From NCBI GenBank assembly GCA_034408725.1, contig JAWXCN010000027.1, positions 1 through 14,090 of the forward strand: a DNA stretch of 14,090 nucleotides, read 5' to 3'. This DNA is from Candidatus Hydrogenedentota bacterium. Its GTDB lineage: Bacteria; Hydrogenedentota; Hydrogenedentia; Hydrogenedentales; SLHB01. The position numbers and the translations under genes were made by a program. This document shows, piece after piece, positions 7,954-14,090 of this stretch; the stretch's first letter is position 1; each line of letters starts with the position of its first letter. The notes beneath the pieces are model-generated. The model ran no database searches and was not told the origin of the DNA. It saw only the letters and a list, made by a program, of their open reading frames with translations.

Positions 7954-8280
7954 ATGATTCCTAGCCTCAATGAAATCATCGCACTTGCCATCATTATCTC
8001 CGTGCTGAGCATGTTGGGCGTCTGGCCGCAGATTATTCGCGGAATCCGCCAGTTGCGCGGGGAACGTGTCGAAGATGAGGCGCCCGTATCCAAGCGTGAC
8101 ATCGACCTTGCGTACAGAATGTTCGGCGTTTCACCGTCAGCGTCATTGCAGGAAGTCGAGCAGGCATACCGGAAAAAGGCCAAGTTGCATCATCCTGATC
8201 ATGGCGGCGACGATGACGTCATGCGCGCGCTAAACGAAGCCTATGGGTTGATCAAGCGCGCGCAGAAGACAGTGCGGTAG
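7954..8280 (+). CDS. Small membrane-anchored J-domain (DnaJ-domain) protein
   Basis: N-terminal TM helix (IIALAIIISVLSMLGVW), then AYRMFGV..ASLQEVEQAYRKKAKLHHPDHGGDDDVMRALNEAY with an intact HPD motif. Confidence 0.85.
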   Translation: MIPSLNEIIALAIIISVLSMLGVWPQIIRGIRQLRGERVEDEAPVSKRDIDLAYRMFGVSPSASLQEVEQAYRKKAKLHHPDHGGDDDVMRALNEAYGLIKRAQKTVR

Positions 8281-8300
8281 TCGGACAAAACGGGGGTGGC

Positions 8301-8401
8301 GGGGACAGCCACCGGCGGCAATTCGCAAATCGCGGTTTTGGACTGAGACAAGGCTTTTGGGATTTTCGCCGCTATCGCTCATCTCGCCGGTGACAGTCCC
8401 C
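8301..8401. repeat. 101-bp element with 17-bp terminal inverted repeats (MITE/REPIN-like)
   Basis: Left arm GGGGACAGCCACCGGCG (8301-8317). Right arm CGCCGGTGACAGTCCCC (8385-8401), reverse complement GGGGACTGTCACCGGCG, 15/17 identical to the left arm. Lies between convergent genes. Confidence 0.7.
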
Positions 8402-10192
8402 TTACGATTTTTGTGCGGGTCGCTGAATGGCTTTTTCAATTTGGAATCCAACCAAGGCCAGCACGCGAGGCGCGGCCGACACAATCTCACGGGCGGTTTG
8501 TTTGGCTTGGCCGTCGAGTTTGTCCCAGGGTTGAAAGCTGGGGTGGGTGTTGCGGGTTTTTGGGCCGGCCGCGTATTTGAACCCTTCGCCACGGAGTTGT
8601 TCGCACCAGCGTTCATGTTCGAGCGCGGCCATGCGTTCAATTTCTTCTGCCGCGAATTCGTAGTGCTCCGCGTTCCAATCGGTCAATGGCGCGATTTGGT
8701 AGCCGGTGGCGCGAAGGCGCTGGGCGAGATGGGTGGCCTGGCGGCGGTTCGATTCGCGCAGATATTCGGGCAACTGCTCCCATTGCGCGAGCGAAGGATC
8801 GGTGGCGGTCTTCATTTTTCGTTCGCGGTTTTTGTCAAGATAGTCGGAGTGAAGCGCGCGGGCGATGCGTTCATTGGTGCTGACGCAGAGGCGGCCCGGC
8901 AGGCATGTTTCGTCCAGCAGATGAAACCCGCGAATGGCAGTAGTCGCGTCTTCGGAGAAGATGGCTGCGAAACCTGAGCCTTCGGACATGCGCACGACGA
9001 TAGGTGCAACGTCACCCATGTGTTCGAGACGCCGGTTCAGTGCGAACGCGGCGGTGAGACTCGCGCTGTCATCGTCAATCGTGATGTAGATGGCGGAGAC
9101 GTCGCAATGGCCGTTTTCGTCGAAGAGGAATGTGGCGCGGGAAAATTCCGGGGACAACGTATCGAGCGCCAACACCGTGAAGTCGCAGATCGCGTTCACC
9201 TGCGGATAGCGCGTGCGCAAACGCTCAAGGTTTTCCGGTCCGGCCCGATCAATGACTGTTACGCGCAGTTTGTTGGTTTCGGTCCCGCCGGCGTTGCGCC
9301 ATTCGCGGGTCGCCTGGAGAATCAGGCTTGCGCCGAATCGCCCAGGGCCAACCACAACGACGTGGGGTGGCGGAGAAGACAGGTCTTGCCCGGTAAACGG
9401 ATGTTTCGCGAGAAGCTGGCGCGCGCCGATTTCATAGATGCTGAAATAGTCCACGCGAAACGGCGACGCGGAGGTTGATTCGACCTCGTGTTCTCGAAGG
9501 AACCGGCACAAATCAAGATCGACGATGTGCGCAAAACAGGTCGCGGGAAATTTTCGCGTCTGCGAAGACATCGCCCGGCATACGGCGGCAATTTGCGCGT
9601 TGCTGCCGTCGTCGCCGGTGAGCGCAAGGACGTATTTCGCGCGGGCAATCCCCGCGCGCCGCAGCAGCACTTCGTCGCGCGCATCGCCCACGAGGAGGAC
9701 AATACCGCGGAAGCGGAATTCGTCGCGGTGGGTGTTCTGCCGCACATTGTCGATGACGACAACCCGCCGGTTTGCCTTGCGGAAATCCTTGGCGAGCAGT
9801 TCGGCTTTTTTCCCAAGACCGCAGATGACGACGTGGTTTCGCCACCACAGCAACCGGAACAGGTTGAAGCGTTCCCAGAACAATGCGCCGAGGCCGACGA
9901 TCAGCGCGTTGGCGAAAAGAAGCGGCGTGGCAAAGCGCGCGACTTCGAGTTGCCAGGGGACGGGACTGGTAACGTCCGCGCTCAGGTTAATCGTCTTGAA
10001 AGTTTTATAAAGCGCGTCGAGCGTGCTTGCCTCCGCACCCAGTTGAATGCGGAACCCGATGAACCCGAGCGTGAGCGACGCCACAATCAGAACAATGCTC
10101 AGCAGCCAGTACCATGCGCGAAATTCCGCGGCAATGGTTTCGCGCATGGAGCGTGTGACGTGCGCCGATTTCGGGATGGCGGTAGTGTTCAT
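8402..10192 (-). CDS. Membrane protein with 2TM channel-like N-terminus, two TrkA-N/RCK (NAD-binding Rossmann) domains and a C-terminal RyR-repeat domain
   Basis: TM1 (WLLSIVLIVASLTLGFIGF), pore-helix-like LDALYKTF, TM2 (LEVARFATPLLFANALIVGL). RCK1: HVVICGLGKKA..VVVID..LVGDARDEVLLRRAGIARAK..DDGSN. RCK2: HVVVVGPGRFG..ITIDDDS. RyR-like: IARALHSDYL..WEQLPEYLRESNRRQA..MAALEHERW..GFKY..HPSFQPWDKL. Start is uncertain (ATG 10192, ATG 10147 or GTG 10234). Confidence 0.85.
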   Translation of the reverse strand: MNTTAIPKSAHVTRSMRETIAAEFRAWYWLLSIVLIVASLTLGFIGFRIQLGAEASTLDALYKTFKTINLSADVTSPVPWQLEVARFATPLLFANALIVGLGALFWERFNLFRLLWWRNHVVICGLGKKAELLAKDFRKANRRVVVIDNVRQNTHRDEFRFRGIVLLVGDARDEVLLRRAGIARAKYVLALTGDDGSNAQIAAVCRAMSSQTRKFPATCFAHIVDLDLCRFLREHEVESTSASPFRVDYFSIYEIGARQLLAKHPFTGQDLSSPPPHVVVVGPGRFGASLILQATREWRNAGGTETNKLRVTVIDRAGPENLERLRTRYPQVNAICDFTVLALDTLSPEFSRATFLFDENGHCDVSAIYITIDDDSASLTAAFALNRRLEHMGDVAPIVVRMSEGSGFAAIFSEDATTAIRGFHLLDETCLPGRLCVSTNERIARALHSDYLDKNRERKMKTATDPSLAQWEQLPEYLRESNRRQATHLAQRLRATGYQIAPLTDWNAEHYEFAAEEIERMAALEHERWCEQLRGEGFKYAAGPKTRNTHPSFQPWDKLDGQAKQTAREIVSAAPRVLALVGFQIEKAIQRPAQKS

Positions 10193-10300
10193 TTGAAATT
10201 TGGTCTGCCGATGGTGCGCGCTGAAATTCCCCACGTCGGATATTTTGCATCAAGTTTGTGGAGTTATTCCATGAGCCTTAGACGAACAACTGCCCAACTC

Positions 10301-10583
10301 CGCGCGAAGCGCCTTGGAGTGCGGCGGCGGGCAGCTACCGCTTTGGGAAAGCAATGAGCCTTGGCCTGCCCACGGGATACGAAGCGCTGAAAGTTTCCGA
10401 ATAGAAAGCGGCGGCTACCCCCGCCGCTTTCACTTCGGGGCGCTCGAAATCGTCCAGAAAACTTGAAGGCCTCAGGCTCACGGGACTCGAAGCCAGCGCA
10501 ATCTCGCTTGATTGCGAAGTGACCTGCACATGTAAAGTGAAGGCGGCAGCTACCCGCCGCCGCACTCCAAGGCGCTCCGCGCG
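10301..10583. repeat. 283-bp composite REP/REPIN-like element with 44-bp inverted arms and a central hairpin
   Basis: The left arm 10301-10344 (CGCGCGAAGCGCCTTGGAGTGCGGCGGCGGGCAGCTACCGCTTT) and the reverse complement of 10540-10583 match at 40/44. Central related hairpin GAAAGCGGCGG-CTACCC-CCGCCGCTTTC at 10404-10431 has an 11-bp perfect stem. Confidence 0.85.
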
Positions 10584-10783
10584 CGCTATTGAAGTTTTGG
10601 ATGGAGGAGAAGGCGGTGGAGCGGACATGATTTTCACACGTCTGAGGGGGTCGTATTTTTTGCGGCATACCACTGGTTGTGAAGGCGGGGGCGTTTCACT
10701 CTTTCAGGCCTTTTCACGCATAAAAGCCCTTACTTTTATCCTACATGCAAATCCATTCGTGTCTGATAAGAAAAACCTTCCAC

Positions 10784-10813
10784 TTGCGCTACAAGGTAGA
10801 TGGGCAATATAAA
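10784..10813 (+). promoter_or_regulatory. Possible sigma70-type promoter of the ku-ligD operon
   Basis: TTGCGC (10784-10789), 18-nt spacer, TATAAA (10808-10813), in an AT-rich stretch about 55 nt upstream of the ku ATG. SD AAAGGA at 10854-10859. Confidence 0.3.
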
Positions 10814-10867
10814 CATCTGATGAGGGACGCCGTTTTTTAACCGGCGCGCCTTGAAAGGAAGCACATC

Positions 10868-11767
10868 ATGGCACGGCCTACCTGGAAGGGAAATATTTCG
10901 TTTGGGTTAGTGAATATTGGAGTAGAACTTTACCCGATGGAGAAGCGCAAGGAGTTGAGTTTCCGGCTATTGGACAGCCGTAACAATGCGCGGATTCGGT
11001 ACGAGAAAGTCAACGATGTGACGGGCGAGGAAGTGCCGTGGGACCAAATCGTCAAGGGATACGAATTTGACGATGGAAACTTCGTATTGCTCACGGAGAA
11101 AGATTTTGAACGGGTTGCGGTCGAAGCGACGAAGACAGTTGAGATAGAGGATTTCGTGGATGCCGACCAAATTCCGTACGCATATTTTGATAAGCCCTAC
11201 GTGCTGGTGCCGAGCAAGAACGGCCAGAAGCCGTATGTCGTCCTGAGGGAAGCGTTGAAGAAGAGTGGCAAGGTTGGCATTGCAAAGGTAGTTATTCGCA
11301 CGCGGCAGTATCTTGCAGCGGTGTTTTCCCAGGGCGAAGCGCTCTATCTCTGCGTATTGCGGTTTGCAGACGAATTGAAAAAGCTGAAGGAATTCGATCT
11401 GCCGGACGAAGACCTTGGAGCGTATAAGGTGTCGCAAAAAGAGATCGACATGGCGATACAGCTTGTGGACACGATGAGCGCGCCCTGGAAACCCGAGCAG
11501 TATCACGATGAATATAGCGAGGCGTTGATGAAATGGATCGAAAAGAAGGCGGCGGCGCATGGCCAGGTGTCGCTTCCGGAATTGCCGGAGGAAGAGGAAG
11601 AGCCGGCCGCGACAAATATTGTTAACATCATGGATCTTTTGAAGAAGAGTATGCAGGAAACGGAGAAACGCAAGCCCTCGACTTCCCCGGCGCGAAAATC
11701 CGGAAATGGCTCGAATAGCAAGTCAAAGCCGAAGACGAAGGCGTCCGCGAGAAAGCGGGCTTCGTGA
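10868..11767 (+). CDS. ku: Non-homologous end joining protein Ku
   Basis: MARPTWKGNISFGLVNIGVELY, IVKGYE, YFDKPY, VGIAKVVIRTRQYL, LRFADEL, W.PEQYHDEY, NIVNIMDLLKKS, and a basic C-terminal tail. Confidence 0.97.
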   Translation: MARPTWKGNISFGLVNIGVELYPMEKRKELSFRLLDSRNNARIRYEKVNDVTGEEVPWDQIVKGYEFDDGNFVLLTEKDFERVAVEATKTVEIEDFVDADQIPYAYFDKPYVLVPSKNGQKPYVVLREALKKSGKVGIAKVVIRTRQYLAAVFSQGEALYLCVLRFADELKKLKEFDLPDEDLGAYKVSQKEIDMAIQLVDTMSAPWKPEQYHDEYSEALMKWIEKKAAAHGQVSLPELPEEEEEPAATNIVNIMDLLKKSMQETEKRKPSTSPARKSGNGSNSKSKPKTKASARKRAS

Positions 11768-14090
11768 GTCTGGCGCAATATAGAAAGAAACGGAATTTCT
11801 CCAAGACTCCCGAGCCGGAAGGTGAAGTTAAAAAGCGCAAAACGTCGAAATTACGCTACGTGATTCAGAAGCATGCGGCTTCACGGCTTCACTACGATTT
11901 CCGGTTGGAACTTGGGGGCGCGCTGAAAAGCTGGGCGGTGCCGAAAGGTCCCAGTTTTGATCCCAAACAGCGGCGTTTGGCGGTCCACGTCGAAGATCAT
12001 CCGTTGGACTACGGAACCTTCGAAGGCACGATTCCCCAGGGCCAATACGGTGGTGGAACGGTGATGGTGTGGGACACTGGATCGTGGGAGTCCGATGACG
12101 GCGATCCAGTCAAAGCTTACAAAAGCGGCAAGATGAAATTTCATTTGCAGGGCGAAAAGTTGAAGGGCGGCTGGACGCTCGTGCGCATGCAGACGAAAGA
12201 CGAAAAAGGCGATAACTGGCTGTTGATTAAGGAACGCGACGAATTCGCCACGTCCAAAGGCGACGTAACCGAGGATTATCCCGATAGCGCCGTGACCGAA
12301 CGCGATATTGAAGCCATTGCCAGCGCGGGAGGCGCCGAATGGCAAAGCAACAAGACATCGAAGGTCAAGCGAAAAGCAGTACCGCCGAAGTCGAAACTTA
12401 AGCGTGGAACGCAATCGAATGGAGAGGTACTTGATCTGAAGCACGTTGCAAACGCCAAAAAAGGCGCAATGCCGAAGACGCTCAAGCCACAGTTATGTTC
12501 GCTTGTGCAAAGTGTGCCGACCGGTGACAACTGGTTTCATGAAGTCAAGTTTGACGGATACCGCATCGTCGCATTTGTGCGGGATGGAAAAACGTCTCTG
12601 GTCAGCCGAAACGGAAAGGATTGGACGTCGCGCTTTCCAGCGATCGCGGAAGCGTGCGGCAAACTGCAACGGAACTGTGTGATCGATGGCGAAGTGGTGG
12701 CGATTCGTCCGGACGGCACGACAGATTTTCAGGCGCTTCAGAATTTCATCAGCGACCCGAAGAAAACACCGCTGGCCTATTATGCCTTCGACATCGTCCA
12801 TCTTGATGGATACGATGTGACGGATGTGCCTTTAATCGAACGGAAAGAAATCTTGCGGTCCGTCCTGGGAAAGCCGACCAGGAGCAGCCTGTTGCAATTC
12901 AGTGAACACATCCAGGGCAATGGCGCGGATGTGTTCAAGAACTCGTGCAAGCTTGGGTTGGAAGGCGTGATTTCAAAACAGGCGAATGCTCCCTATGTGC
13001 AAAAACGCGCGCCGTTGTGGGTAAAGGTCAAATGTATCAAGAGCCAGGAGTTTGTCATTGGCGGGTACACGGAGCCAGCGGGCAGCCGCTCCGAATTCGG
13101 CGCATTGCTGCTGGGTTACTATGATAAAGTGGGCGAACTTACTTTTGCCGGGCGAGTTGGCACGGGGTTCACGGAACAGTCGCTGCGTACCGTGTCTAAG
13201 GAGTTGCGCAGGCGCGAACGCGAGAAGACCGCGTTTTCGAATCCGCCGGTGGGCGCGAACGCGCGCGGGGTCCACTGGCTGAAGCCGGAGCTGATATGCG
13301 AAGTCGAGTTTACGGAATGGACTTCGGACGGCCAGTTGCGACACCCTTCGTTCAAAGGATTGCGCGAGGACAAACCTGCGAAGAGCATCGTGCGCGAGAC
13401 TCCGAAACTCAAAGTTACATCGAGTGAAAATGCCGCGCCACCGCCTCGCGGGAAAAATGGGAAGCCAGCGCGGCGTTTGGGCAGCGGCAGCGCCGAAGTA
13501 GCCGGCGTGGTGATTTCCAATCCCGACAAGGAATTGTATCCCGAAGGCATTACCAAGCTGATGCTCGCGGAGTATTACGAAAGCATTGCAGAGCGCATCT
13601 TGCCCTACATCGTGAACCGCCCGTTGTCTCTTGTGCGATGTCCGCAGGGCCGCGCGAACAAATGTTTTTTTCAGAAGCACATGACCTCCGGCATGCCGGA
13701 GCATGTGCGGAGCATCCCGATACGCGAGAAAGAGGGCAAGGCCGACTACATCGCGATTGACGATACGGCAGGCCTCATAGAGCTGGTGAATCTCGGGGTA
13801 CTTGAATTTCATGTCTGGGGCGCGCGGGAAGACCGCATCGAAAAGCCTGATATTATGGCCTTCGATCTCGATCCGGATTCTGGTATAAAGCGCGGAGCTC
13901 TTGCGGAAACCGCCTTCTTTTTGCGCGACCAACTCGAAGCGTTGGGACTGCGAAGTTTTCTCAAGACGACCGGCGGCAAAGGTCTTCATATCATGGTCCC
14001 GTTGGAAAGACGCCATTCGTGGGACGAAGTAAAAGAATTTTCGCAAGCCATCGCGCAGTTTATGAGCACGAACGAACCGCGGCGCTATAC
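11764..14090 (+). CDS. ligD: DNA ligase D (3'-phosphoesterase, ATP-dependent ligase, polymerase domains), 3'-truncated by the window edge
   Basis: GTG at 11764 overlaps the ku stop (GTGA). PE domain: YRKKRNFSKTPEP, YVIQKHAASRLHYDFRLE, SWAVPKGP, EDHPLDY, YGGGTVMVWD. Ligase: HEVKFDGYR (12538-12564), IDGEVV, YYAFD, LEGVISK, WVKVK, LRHPSFKGLREDK. POL: SNPDKELYP, RPLSLVRCPQG, FFQKH, FDLDP, KTTGGKGLH. All in one frame with no stop before 14090, which explains its absence from the ORF track. Confidence 0.97.
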   Translation, partial: MSLAQYRKKRNFSKTPEPEGEVKKRKTSKLRYVIQKHAASRLHYDFRLELGGALKSWAVPKGPSFDPKQRRLAVHVEDHPLDYGTFEGTIPQGQYGGGTVMVWDTGSWESDDGDPVKAYKSGKMKFHLQGEKLKGGWTLVRMQTKDEKGDNWLLIKERDEFATSKGDVTEDYPDSAVTERDIEAIASAGGAEWQSNKTSKVKRKAVPPKSKLKRGTQSNGEVLDLKHVANAKKGAMPKTLKPQLCSLVQSVPTGDNWFHEVKFDGYRIVAFVRDGKTSLVSRNGKDWTSRFPAIAEACGKLQRNCVIDGEVVAIRPDGTTDFQALQNFISDPKKTPLAYYAFDIVHLDGYDVTDVPLIERKEILRSVLGKPTRSSLLQFSEHIQGNGADVFKNSCKLGLEGVISKQANAPYVQKRAPLWVKVKCIKSQEFVIGGYTEPAGSRSEFGALLLGYYDKVGELTFAGRVGTGFTEQSLRTVSKELRRREREKTAFSNPPVGANARGVHWLKPELICEVEFTEWTSDGQLRHPSFKGLREDKPAKSIVRETPKLKVTSSENAAPPPRGKNGKPARRLGSGSAEVAGVVISNPDKELYPEGITKLMLAEYYESIAERILPYIVNRPLSLVRCPQGRANKCFFQKHMTSGMPEHVRSIPIREKEGKADYIAIDDTAGLIELVNLGVLEFHVWGAREDRIEKPDIMAFDLDPDSGIKRGALAETAFFLRDQLEALGLRSFLKTTGGKGLHIMVPLERRHSWDEVKEFSQAIAQFMSTNEPRRY

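Noticed and set aside
8357..10357. Plus-strand ORFs 8357..8977, 9020..9478 and 9488..10357
   Set aside because: Antisense to the RCK-RyR gene, as expected for shadow ORFs in GC-rich DNA.
10301..10583. Possible CRISPR array, tRNA or known ncRNA
   Set aside because: The repeats are inverted rather than direct and evenly spaced. There are no cas genes and no cloverleaf or T-loop signature.
10264..10812. ORFs 10264..10668, 10335..10673 and 10519..10812
   Set aside because: They are translations of the palindromic repeat (e.g. AAATRRRTPRR, PWSAA), with no SD or domain evidence.
12973..14046. 357-aa minus-strand ORF, and 11881..12444 (187 aa)
   Set aside because: Antisense shadows of ligD with no recognisable motifs. 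The plus frame carries all the LigD motifs.

Overview
This is a GC-rich bacterial chromosomal segment with 13 supportable protein-coding genes. From left to right: a 5'-truncated class I SAM methyltransferase; a secreted five-bladed beta-propeller glycoside-hydrolase-like protein; a minus-strand cytochrome oxidase assembly trio (cyoE/ctaB, SCO, DUF420); a divergent plus-strand cluster (tandem GNAT, exported TPR protein, signal peptidase I, rhomboid protease, membrane-anchored J-domain protein); a minus-strand 2TM + 2x TrkA-N/RCK + RyR-domain protein; and an NHEJ pair, ku plus ligD (PE-LIG-POL). ligD runs off the right edge and is absent from the ORF track. Two families of short palindromic repeats are present. 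A GGAG-headed REP/REPIN-like family occurs at 2191-2287 and 10301-10583. A GGGGACWG-type family forms a 101-bp inverted-repeat element at 8301-8401 and appears again as a 90-bp in-frame insert inside the propeller gene (1711-1800). The most interesting observations are that in-frame insert and the channel-like RCK-RyR gene bracketed by repeat elements. No rRNA, tRNA, CRISPR array or transposase was seen. All family calls come from motif recognition by eye, not database searches.
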